DNA from: Phoronis australis
Lineage: Eukaryota > Animalia > Phoronida
Direction of reading: 5' to 3'
Assembly: GCA_002633005.1 (NCBI GenBank)
Contig: NMRA01000297.1
Span: 43,909 to 107,129, forward strand
DNA length: 63,221 nt
Below, piece by piece: positions 1-12,400 of this stretch; the stretch's first letter is position 1, and every line of letters begins with the position of its first letter. Both the position numbers and the translations under genes were made by a program. The notes beneath the pieces are model-generated. The model was not told where the DNA came from. It searched no databases and worked only from the letters and a program-made list of their open reading frames with translations.

Positions 1-117
1 CTTTGATGGTTTAGTCGGTGCGAGGCATAATTCGCCGAAAAGCTTCCGGCGTACAGAGCGCCTATAGCCTCTACATCGCCTCTGGTTCGGGCCAACAGAG
101 GCGATGGTCATTGCCTA
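1..117. mobile_element. Right TIR of a second copy of the TAGGCAATGACC long-TIR element (truncated by window edge)
   Basis: Near-exact reverse complement of 174..290; ends ...GGTCATTGCCTA. Confidence 0.8.
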
Positions 118-155
118 TAACTTATTGAACTAGTCACCACACTAGTGTCGTCAGT

Positions 156-1702
156 CACAGGCGTCCTCAGGCTTAGGCAATGACCATCGCCTCTGTTGGC
201 CCGAAGCAGAGGCGATGCAGAGGCTATAGGCGCTCTGTACGCCGGAAGCTTTTCGGCGAATTATGCCTCGCACTGACTAAACCATCAAAGTCACGTTGTT
301 ATAAATACCTTTTGCGCATAGAGGAATACCTTAGGAGGTTGTCGACGTGTTTAAGTCCTTCCAACTCGAACATATACTCCCGTTATGAAACTTTTTCTTC
401 GAGCAGTCCCTATTTCAGTTCCCAAAATCGTGAAATCAAAATTTTCATTTTTTTAACCAGGCCGAAGGTCATACATGTATGTTGCGATCCTACCGGTGAA
501 CTTTGAAAGCTGAAGTTCCCGCCCTTTGCGTACGTGCTGCCGGGAACCAGCCGTGCATTTGCCGTGTTGTTAAACATTAAAATGTCAAATATGTGCACAA
601 AGACTATTAAATGTCATATCAACAGCATTTATTTTTATCAAATACAAACAATAATTCATTGAAATACAAACAGTTTGAAGTAACGCCAATTAAAGACAAG
701 TATCAAGTGGTGGCATTTTGAAAACAAACATTTGACTGACAAGACCGCAATGGCTCACCTTTGGCCTATTTAAAAATTGAGGTGATGAAGTCACATCACC
801 TAGCGAGCGCGGTAAAAATTGGAGCGTGCGCAGTACAAAAATTTTGATTTCACGATTTCCGGGAACTGAAATAGGGACTGCTTGAAGAAAAAGTTTCATA
901 ACGGGAGTATTTGTTCGAGTTGGAAGGACTTAAACACATCGACAACCTCCTAAGGTGTTCCTCTATGCGCAAAAGGTATAAATTATAACAACGTGACTGA
1001 CGGTTTAGTCGGTGCGAGGCATAATTCGCCGAAAAGCTTCCGGCGTACAGAGCGCCTATAGCCTCTGCATCGCCTCTGCTTCGGGCCAAGAGATGGTCAT
1101 TGCCAACCTCAGGCTCAGCTTCTGATCGTCCCCAATACAATACACTATATATACAACGGGTATGACACTCCGGACTAGAAATTCCATGGGTGATTCACTT
1201 CAGCCTTCCATAGCAAACATAAAACTCATTAAATTTACACAAAACAGAGGTCCAACAAACCATGAAGAATTGTTCTTTCTCCCAATCCATTTACGGTGTC
1301 CTGCTCCACCGAGTTCGCAAGAAATTCGCTGTCAAAGCACAAAAATCCTCCCAAAAAGCTTGTCCCGAGCAACTCTTTGGTCCTACGCGCAGGATAATTC
1401 CGCACCCTGCGCGTGGGACCAAGGAGTTGCTCCGGACGAGCTTTTTGGGAATATTTTTGTAATTTGACCGTAAATTTCTTGCGAATTCGGTGGAGCAGGA
1501 CACCATAAATGGTAGTGGGAGAAATAAAAATGCTTCATGGTTTGTTGAACCTCTGTTTTGTATAAATTTTTTGAGTTTTATGTTTGCTATGGATGGCTGA
1601 AGTGAAGCACCCATGGAATTTCTAGTCCGGAGTATCATATCTTAATTGTAGTATTATCTTATATAGTGTATTGGGGACGATCAGAAGCTGAGGACGCCTG
1701 TG
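156..1702. mobile_element. Fold-back MITE with CACAGGCG...CGCCTGTG ends (P-element-like), interrupted by the 174..1106 element
   Basis: 1116..1700 is an almost complete imperfect palindrome centred near 1400; degenerate 8-bp TSD tcGTCAGT / gtGTCAGT. Confidence 0.7.
174..1106. mobile_element. Non-autonomous MULE/Mutator-like element with ~270-bp TIRs
   Basis: TAGGCAATGACC...GGTCATTGCCAA; 9-bp TSD CCTCAGGCT at 165..173 and 1107..1115. Confidence 0.8.
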
Positions 1703-3149
1703 GTGTCAGTGACACCATAGACTATATAGATAGAGACTGCTATCTCCCGTTAGAGTGCGTTGAGCATGTTACGGAGCAAGGGACCTAAGCACTAACGATG
1801 AGAGGGCGCTGCTCACGCAGGATAGAAAACTTTCGGTTTTACGGTGCGGTAGTTCTCTCGTTTCAAGGTTTGGTTGTGTAATGAGTCGAATTGCTTGATT
1901 TTTTGAAGTTTATAAGACTTGTAAACATGCTATTTAAACATTCCCACTAAATAAGATTGGCCCAAACCCCGCCTATCAGGGTAAACGGTGGGGTTTGGCA
2001 GATTGAACTAGACCGTATTTATCCACCTTGGCTGAGTCGCGCTCGGCTCACGATCAAAGGGATGCTGCCAAGCTGCTCTATTAATTGAGTCACAAGCGCG
2101 GATAATTGGCTTTGCTCATGCGGATATGATTAGCTGATTACAATCTAGCGTAGCAGACTGTACTTTTTATGGAGAGAGTTTTTATTAGTTTTTACTGTAA
2201 TATTTGAAAAGAGGAGCGAAAACAAATGAGTACAACTTTAAATTTTTCAAATCGGCCCAGGATATGAGATTTTGCAACACAGCAACACTCACGATTACTT
2301 TCATTCGGCGCGCACAAATACAAAAATATAGAACCCAAGTTATTTAGATTTTGGAACATATGCATTGCAATATTCAAAATAAGTTTATCATGAATATTAC
2401 AAGCTGTAAAACGACGTTGTTTAATTTCACTGTGCTCATGCATTGTCATCCGCCAAATCGGAAATTTCCGAGATGTGATCTGCGGCGTGCGGGTATGTGT
2501 ACAAAACACGTGATGTTATGTTCCTGAAGTACAAACATTAAGAAACTTTAGCATGCCGTTATTATTGACAGGGACATGATAAAACGAATTTGGATTTTGA
2601 CTATAGTTTTGATACAGCCATCTGGCTGACCACTGCGTCAGTGTCTCCGTTAGACCCAGAAATTTCACACAGCCCGGGTAGTTCACCTCGTCACCTCGTC
2701 CCCAACGTGTAGATCGAGCCTTGGACTATTAATGTTTTACTCCACGGTAGAGCTAACAACCGTCGGCCAGTGCACACAAAATCTGTGAGTTAACCGGCAC
2801 TCTCCTTGCACGTTGCAGCCGTTTTAAGTGAAAAACAATCTAGTAAACTTCATTTTCTTGCATTATCCTCCGCCTTTTGTAACAAAAAAGTCTGTCGTTC
2901 ATGACCCGCACACGCACTCACTCTCATTTGCAGACGAACTTCAAAACAAACGTCACGTGACAACAACATCCATAGATTTTTCTGGTGTTGTGGGGTACGA
3001 TGTAGCGCAGATTTGAACTTAATCGCTATTAATCTGGACTCAAAAATTTTTCTGATTAGACCTTTAGTTCAACAATAACTGAATTACCAGTCCCACTGCA
3101 CTTCATAATTCAATAAAGATTATGTATATTCAAAATGTATTTTTTACAG

Positions 3150-3400
3150 GTGGGCTAAAGGTTATGATGGTAGAAAAATTGAATACATTGATCGAGAAAC
3201 CCTTCTTTATTCTTGTGGAAACAATATCAACTTTGTGACTGAGAGTGGTGAAGAGTCTCTATTCCCAAGTCCAGGCGAAGGTGTTGGACCTGTTGCAGTG
3301 CACTCTATTGACAAAGTGTTTGCATTCGCTGAGTTACGTCTTGGTCCCAAGGTCTTTATATACAAATACCCTGAGTTGACAGAAGTGTCTCAGCTATGTG
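3150..3400 (+). CDS. CFAP43: CFAP43 exon ([14 protein letters not shown]...ELTEVSQLC)
   Basis: tttttacAG acceptor, GTAAGT donor, phase 2 to 1. Confidence 0.93.
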
Positions 3401-6400
3401 GTAAGTGAAGTATAGAATTACTATTTCATGTCCACTGAATCAAGCCAGTGAAGTAGAGAACTGCTAATACACTGAATCAGTCAGTGATGTATAGTCAGTA
3501 CATAACCCATGGATTTGTAAGTGAAGTATAGAACTACTATTACCTATCCACTGATTCAGTATAGAACTGCTAATACACATCCACTGAATCAGTGATTTAT
3601 ACTCAGTACATAACCCCTGCATTAGTAAGTAGACAAAAGAACTACAATTACATGTCTACTGAATCAGCAGTTGACGTATAGAACTACTAGTACATAACTC
3701 TTGAATACTAGTAAGTATATGAAGTATAGGTCTGGACTTTTATTACATTACCTCTGAATCAGTAAGTGAGGTATAGAACTACTATTACATAACCCCTGAA
3801 TCAGTAAATCATGTATTGAACTACTATTACACCTGTACATAACCCCTGAATCAGTAAGGGAGGTATAAAAGAAGGAGCCCCAGATCAGTGGAACTGTCAT
3901 TAATATTGTTGCTGTGTGTGTGGTACCCCTACATAATGTGCAATTGTTGATTTGTTGGCAAAAATGAAAGTGTCAACCAAGTCTTTCGAAAGAGCTTGAT
4001 AATGTTTGTAATAAAGTAGTAAGTAAAGTTAGGCAATCTCTGTGAACAGTATTCACGGGTGAGAAACAACATGACCGCCGGTCCTCTAAATCGGACCGAC
4101 TCACCCAAACAGGACTGACGCACCTAAAAACATGACCGTCACACCACAAAACAGGACTGACGCACCTAAAAACATGACCACCCCACCACAAAACAGGACC
4201 GCCGGGGACTGAGTAGTTAAGGCCTTTGTGTGATACTGCGGGTTATGACGTAACCGGTCAGATAGCTGTGTAAAGACTATCGCCAAAATAAAGCTTGACA
4301 GCCTTGCGTTATTGAGCTCCGTTACATCCCCGACATTGCCCACAGCCCGGGTAGTTCTGCTCGTCACCTCGTCGTGGAACTTACATCAACATGTAGTAGA
4401 GCGCGCGACCGATGCAGGCGCATGCAAAATCTAGGCGTCAACCAACACTCACCTTGCAGTTTGCAACCGCTTGAGTGAAAAACAATCTAATGAACTGTTG
4501 TAATAATAAGTGACATGTGCACGCGCCATTTCCTCAGAAAAATTTTGAGACATCTTTCGAAAGATGATGACAACTTGGCGGCAACAAGGTTTGTTATGAA
4601 ATTCGGTTTGCTGGTATTAAAGTACTGAAAACTTATAACGAAATGAAACCAGTTTCGATAATTTGTTGTGCCAGGTACGCAACCTTGTAGAAGGACAGTT
4701 GACTGAAGAATCGGGGGAAAAGGAACCGGCCAATGTAAGCCGACTTAAGAGAACGCAGAATAACGACAGAACGACAATTTCTCTCGAGCGCCGATGAAAT
4801 AATTTAGTTTACTCAAGGAAGAGTGTCGTTAAAAAAAATTCGCCGGGTAAAGATTTTACATGTTCAGTTTTTTACCCACATCGGCGCAAAGCTGTACATT
4901 TAATGTACAGCTTTGCCGCACAAAGGCAGCTAGTATGATGATGCTTCACCCGAGAACCAGAACGTCCGTTTTTTTACTTGACTAACTTTAAACGTCAAAT
5001 TGGAGAAAATGATTTTCATTTTGTTCTAAAACTTATGCAGTGGATAAAATTATAATTATTTAGCTCAAAAGCGTACAACGAGGTTGTTTTGTGTTAGATT
5101 TATTAAATGTTGACCTTTCAACTGTTTATAAGTCACATACCGCAGCCGGGAGCCTGGTGATGAGTAAAACTCAAAAGCGCCGCGTATTACAAAGCGAAGT
5201 GTCCTCTGTTGCTCACAAAAGATTTCGGTGGATTAATCGGCACAAGACCTGCATATGCATACGTATATAGCCCCATTGTATGATCTGTGTTGGCCTAACG
5301 GTAATAAATCTTAGCCTGTTAGTTATTGCGGTTTTAGTCCCCGGCGGTCCTGTTTTGTGGTGGGGCGGTCATGTTTTTGGGTGCGTCAGTCCCATTTTCT
5401 GGTGCGGCGGTCCCATTTGATCCCCGGAGGTCCTGTTTAGAGGACCGGCGGTCATGTTGTTTCTCACCCGTGGTATTAGAATATTTATCTTTATGAAGGA
5501 CATGATGAAAAGTCAGGAGTAAAACAAAGATGGTGCCCAATTGGCTGTCGAACTAAAAGTGTCTTGATATCAACAAATGATAGAATACATACAGAAATGT
5601 ACAGGAGGTGAATAGGTTCTAGGAATATATGACTAATACAGTACTGACTACAAAACAGGAACCAGTAAACCATAAACAACAACAGGATGGAATATTATGT
5701 AACTACAGGATATAAACACATTCCAATATAGTTATCACAAGATGGACTGAATTCGGCGACAAATGGTGGGCCAAAATTGGGTGCCTTTTTGTTCTGTCAA
5801 CTAAACTTGTGCATTACCCAGAGCGCTCTTGGAAGTTTTTTAAAGTGCATTTTCTTGCAAACGAAGTACAACAAAATACATTCATGTGACATGTTCCATG
5901 TTCCTTACAAAGGGTTTTATTAGCTAGCCATTAAAAGTTATGATAAACATACTGAGCATTTTTAAAAGTTCCTGTTTGGTTACCCATCTTCTCCTCATTT
6001 TGCAAGGCAATTGCCAATCTTGGATAGCATGACTGGGGATAGTATGTAAAAGATCTCCAATGTCAGGATGAAATCTTTAGACAAACAGTAATACCAAGTA
6101 CATAATGTGCTGATTGTGCGATAAACTTTAAAGCAGATCAAGCTATAATCCACCTTCCCTAACAACAGATCAAGCTATAATCCACCTTCCGTAACAACAG
6201 ATCAAGCTATAATCCACCTTCCATAACAACAGATCAAGCTATAATCCACCTTCCGTAACAACAGATCAAGCTATAATCCACCTTCCATAACAACAGATCA
6301 AGCTATTCCACCTTCCGTAACAACAGATCAAGCTATAATCCACCTTCCACAACAACAGGTCAAGCTATATTATCCACCTTCCGTAACAACAAATCAAGCT

Positions 6401-9400
6401 ATAATCCACCTTCCGTAACAACAGATCAAGCTATAATCTACCTTCCACAACAACAGGTCAAGTTATATTATCCACCTTCCGTAACAACAAATCAAGCTAT
6501 AATCCACCTTCCGTAACAACAGATCAAGCTATAATCCACCTCCCATAACAACAGATCAAGCTATTCCACCTTCCGTAACAACAGATCAAGCTATGATCCA
6601 CCTTCCACAACAACAGGTCAAGCTATATTATCCACCTTCCGTAACAACAGATCAAGCTATAATTCACATTCCATAACAAACAACATTTTTTAATTTAGAC
6701 CATTAACTTTTTCAAATTAGTCTCACTGACAATTTTTCCTTATTAAATTAGATATGAGTGTGACAATTTTTTGGCAAGTAGAGCTTTTGTCAACTTTCTA
6801 ATTTGGTGATGGACACTTTCTGTGTTCATTTGTCGTTTAACCTTTATCTCCTAGCAAGGCGCAAATCGATTGGGTTTCTTTACCTGTGTGAATTTTGAAT
6901 GAAACCCAGGTGTCTGGGCCATAAACGTTGTTACGTGGTGTGTGACAGTTCTTTGGATGTTTTTTTCATCTTGTTTCAGATGGAGCCAAACTAGAATACT
7001 TGGCCATAACCTTCTCAACCAGTTGTTATGTAGCCACAGTGTCTGGAGTTCCAGAGTTCACACTCACACTGTGGTTCGTACCAGATATTTTCTGTTATTT
7101 ACAAGTTATTTAAAAGTCTAATATGTTGTTTATAGTTAATCACTAATGTCATGCATGTCTTTGTTATTCTCCACTTAATTTTAGCCCTGCAGTTATGCTG
7201 TGCATAGGGGTGATGCTCGTGCAGGGGGGTGATGCTGTTCATTGGGGTGATGCTGTTCATTGGGTGATGCTGTGTATTGGGATGATGCTCAATGCCTTGC
7301 GGGTATGATACTGTGCATTGTGGGGTGATGTTGTGCATTGGGGTGATGCTGTGCATTAGGGGGTGATGCTCAGTGCCCTTAGGGGGTGATGCTCAGTGCC
7401 CTTAGGGGGTGATGCTGTGCATTGTGGGGTGATGCTGTGCATTGTGGGGTGATGCTGTGCATTGTGGGGTGATGCTGTGCATTGGGTGATGGTGTGCATG
7501 GAGATGGTGTGCATTTGGGGGTGGTGCTGTGTATTAGGTGATGCTGTGAATGGGGATGATGCTATACACTCCCAATTCAAACCAACTCGGCAACTGTGCA
7601 TCCAAAACAATGACAAATTAATGAACATTTGAGATGATTCATCTATTGCTGTCATGTTTTCAATGTGCATTGTTTGACGGTGCTTTAAACATTTGCTGAT
7701 ATGACTGACATCTTGGCATCCCAACCCCAAGTGATGATGACCCATCTTGGACGATACCTATACCCTCTCTTCCACTTCCATAATTGTAAACATCTGGTAA
7801 CTAACATCGTGGTATCCAACTCCAGGTGATGACCCTCCGTAGACAATGCAAAATTAATGCATATACTTCTCAATAATATGTCCAATCTCTGTCTTCTATA
7901 TTGTGTGCTTCAGACTAACAAACATTGACATCATCTTAAAAGATAATAGAAATAGATAAATTAAGTGCACGTTTTTGTAGTCTGAAAGGCTGATAGTCTG
8001 CAGCTTTCCGCCACCTTTTTAAATTATTGGCTTGCCCTTCTCAAAGTCGATCTTTGCTGTTGCACTTAAATCTGTTAACCTGACTGCAAGTAAATGTGCG
8101 CTTTTATTTCCCTTCACCTGTCTAAGAAATTGTCATTGGTAACTAAAGTGGTAGACAGAACCTGTTGGCATTAGAAACTTTGGTCTTGTTCCTTTTGTGT
8201 GGAGCATGGCCGGTAATTACTGCATTAGCGATGACTCCAAGACAATAAAACACTGGCTGAAATAAATCAAACTATCTTGTACTAAAATGGATGTTTTTTA
8301 TCAAATTGGCTTCTAAAATTAAATTCTCCATGAAATATTTTGTAATTGTCGTTTTTTTCCCAAAGAAATAGGATAAATATTAGCCATAGTATGATGTCAT
8401 TGTTTCTGTTGCGCTTATCAAGGGAAGGGTGTTCAGCTGATACACATGTAACTGCCAACAAGAGATTGTAAGAATGCTTTCAGAATATAAAAAGTCTTGT
8501 TAATTGTTCCTGGAAACTCGTACGAGGTAAATTTTTTACTATATCAAGACATTATTCATGTTTAAAAAACAATGGTAAGTACATAGGGACATATCTATCA
8601 ATTCAAGCTGGCGCATTTGACAGAATTCCATTCAAACAATCAGAGAAAGAAGGCGTTAAGTAATGTGAACTGTTTTCCTCCTTGTGACAAATATCATGCA
8701 TGAAATAATGACTTCGCTAATACCTAAAATGGTACATTTCTCCCATGTGCATTCCATGTAAATTGTAGCAATTACATGAAATGCAACAACTTGTTACATT
8801 TTAGGAGTTTTCTATCAAGAACATAAAATGTAACAATGGCATAAAATGTTACAGATGTTACATTTTGTGAAATTGTTTCATTTTATATAGTATCAGTGCA
8901 TTGCAATCTTGATAGCTCAGTCACTGTGCATGTATGGCTAGATAAACTAGTTTGTGAACATGAAGTATTTAAAGGCTGGTAAAAAGAGAAAATGCATAGG
9001 CAAGTGATCAGTATACTTGCACTACTAACACCTGTTGATAACAGGCACTTTGAAATTCTTTTACAAATCAACAGGACTTGTGCATATTAACTGGATGCAT
9101 GTTAGGAGTCATTTAATGTATTCTTTGATTTTTGTATGGTTGCGTAGACACAACTCTGGCTTGCACGGGTATTTGACTACTTTTAACATTTTGTTTTTGA
9201 TTTGTTCAGGAACTACTTGGATGGCACTAAGTTGTGTACCACACTGCTGAGCCATTGTGAGCCTGCAGGCATTTCCTTCAACCCAGCTAACTGGCGTCAG
9301 ATATTTGTCTCATCAACAACTGAGATGAAAGTGCTGACCTATGAGAGTGCTAATGTTGTTTATGTGGCTACAGAAAAGTGAGTTGCCTTATATATTTGAA

Positions 9401-12400
9401 GTTTTGAACTTAGTCTTACTATACCATCAACAAGATTCTTGAAGGTGCCGTATTTGTTCAAGTTAGTATCCATGCTCATCATAATGCCCACCCCTGAAAT
9501 TTCCAAAATTTTTTCTTAGTCTAATGCTCACACAAAATTTATACAATCGAGACTTCTTATGAGTGGCCATGCCTTTGCGAACACTCGTTTCACAAGCCTT
9601 TTAGCTCCTAAAACATACACAAATCACTTTTGTTTGCCTACAGGGATAAAAAGCAAGTCAGTTTCAGAGATACCTTGCCTTATTTACGTGGGAAATTCAC
9701 TGTGCTTTGTTGTTGTTAACTGAAGTACTTGTGTACAGGAAATAGTGAAGGCAGTCTCGTGTTCAGTATGCGCGTTCGTACATGATGTGTGCTCCATGGC
9801 AAAATCTGAACACATTTACTGTGCTCATCGTTTCATACCATAACCAATTAACGAAATCATTCTAAGTTTACTATTTAATTCTGAATAGGTGTAAATGCGT
9901 TAGTTCGGCACATTGCCAATTGAACCTTGGATTATTGTGGTTGAGAAATGAGCTGTTGTTTGTAATGTTCTTAAGTGAGTACCTTAGGCAAAGGTATCTT
10001 GTTGATGTACACCAACAAAGAAGAGGCTATCAAACAGGAATTGCAAGGTCATCATGGCGCACGTGTCTGCCACTTCCTGTTACAGCTAGTAATCCACAAA
10101 ATTGTGAAGTGCGAGAAAAACAGCTAAAATCTTCCAGTGCATGACTTAGTGTTTTGAAAACTTGTGTGACATTGTTTTGAATAATGAAGTAAATCATGGC
10201 TGTTGTCAAGTTCTCAATGTCACATTGCACAACACTTCACTGATAAATGGCACTTAGTCCTGATTATGGTGTTAGTAACCACATAAGCCACGATGATTAT
10301 CTTTCATGAGAAGGAACAATCTCATTACGATACTCTCACTATCAACCACTCAGAATGTTGTTAATTTTTTATCAATTGTCTGCCTAGGTGTTACTTTTTC
10401 TTTTTCAATGAGAAGCTATTTTGCATGACCGCAGAAAAATAGACAGTAGGAGTCTTGCTTTAAATTACAGTGTTTTATGGAAAGTACAGAAACTGTCTAT
10501 GATAGGAAAATGATGATGTTAATATGGCATTGTACCTTGTGTCAGTGCATTGGCCTTGAGGCTGGTGCTTTGGGGATCCATTGTAAATTTAGTCAGCCAA
10601 CAAAAGTGCATCATTTCTGCCTAGTTTAAGGCAGTTTCATGTCTTTTTTGACAATTAATTCAATTTGTTTGATGATGTGAAGTTTGTGTCGTTGAAAATT
10701 TTCACAGGATGCATTGTGTGAAATCTTCTCTTAACTTCATGCTCTGCATCCTGTTGTCTATATCTGTGGATTAAACCTTGCTTTCAAATTTTCATTCTGT
10801 CAGCTAGAAAGCAGCAAAATCAAAATTACATGCAATGCAACCTCAATCCAATCAGAATTATAGTACCATTACATATGTGAACTAGAAAGATTATTGTCAC
10901 GGCGTGACAATAATGGACTCTGCGCGTGCGTATTACTGGAATTATTATGGGAAGTTACTGACAGCAACCCGTTTACCAAATATGAAAAGGAATTCTTTAA
11001 AATTGTAGGAGAAATTACTTATTAATTTTTTGATGACCTTTCCACGAATTGACCTCCTCCGGTGCATTATGAGCCCCGATGAGGGAGTAATTGTTAACTC
11101 GATTAAAAGTGTGGTTAATGCTAATAATCACAGATGTTTGACTTTAAGCACTTCAGAATACAAGATGAATGAAATGGACAAACTCTCAGAAGAAAAATGC
11201 ACCTAATGACCCCATGGGTGCACCAAATGACCTGAAAATTTAGAATTCAAACTCAATCGCACTTAGTAAACAGATACGTAATAGCGGATTTGCAGCGACG
11301 CCATATTGAAATTAGGTTAAAATGGTGCATTGTGGGTGCTGTGGTCAGGATTCCGAAAGCGGCCATAGTAACAAGCATAATATGCGGTATGAGCGCGAAG
11401 AAAACTCACGGCGGATACACTTGTGTTCCTGGCTGCTTCAAAAACAACAAGACAGATAAAAATCTGAGTTTTTATGTGTCCCCTGCAAACCAAGAACTTT
11501 GTGAAAAATGCTCTCCTAATGTTGTTTATCCATGGATAAACAACATTAGGAGAGCTGGGAGTAAGGGGAGATTTAGCGCATTCAAACCAACGCAGGGTTA
11601 TCTAGTAGGCAACACGTAGCCCCTCGGTTGGCCATATAGGGGCTACAATACTCCCATTTGCTTTCTGTACTCATTTCGTTACTTCAGTGTATTTTAAACA
11701 GGCCGTGACCGGATTTGGGTTACCGATTTAGAGTTCTCACCTCGTCAAAAATACATTCTACACTTAAAACTATCATTTAAAAACGCTTACTTTCATCATT
11801 GGTCCTTTCTACTTCTATACATATCTTTGATGAAGCTTAGTTGTGAGAATTAAGTTGACTTTGGCAAAGAATTACAACTCCACTTTTTTGGTTGCCGTTA
11901 ATTTTATCACCGCGTGAGCCGCGATAACCACAAAGCATGTCAACTGAATCATGTGAGTTAAGCAAAGGTTAGCTCGAGACTGAGCGAAGCGCGTGACGCC
12001 ATCTCGTGACGCTAGCGCGTGACGCTAGCGCGCGGCACTTGTAAAATAGCGAGAAGGTATTGAAACTTGTAAGATGTGTGTCCCTTGGACTTTTTATTCG
12101 TCAACATGCGTAATTTCACTAACTTCCTCAAAATGGCACCGAGCAAACCGCGACAGATTTTCATCGATTTGTTCAAGTTTTGCTGACTAAATTGTGTCCA
12201 GAGTCGTAGTATGTGTTAATTATAACTCCGTGTTCCTACATGTATGGTTCATTTGATTTTATGTGCTGTATGTTGAAACTTTTTGTGAGGATGTACTATC
12301 GCCCCTGCATGCCTGCGGCATCCAGTGCGATGTAATTGCCTAGGGGCCATCGTGTGTGCAGCGAACATTTTCCTGGTGGAAAAAAGACGTATGAGAACAA

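Noticed and set aside
180-1638. Several 60-115 aa ORFs with near-identical partners on opposite strands
   Set aside because: They are mirror translations of inverted repeats, not genes.
1765-1867. Possible CFAP43 first exon (..RCGSSLVSR|W, phase-2 donor GTTTGG)
   Set aside because: No in-frame ATG after the upstream TGA, and the region follows a CATAGACTATATA transposon-like end. The first exon is probably left of the window.
11602-11646. Hairpin GTAGCCCCT..AGGGGCTAC next to CTAG read as a Helitron 3' end
   Set aside because: Better explained as the left end of the TAGGCAA...TTGCCTA element that splits the THAP domain.
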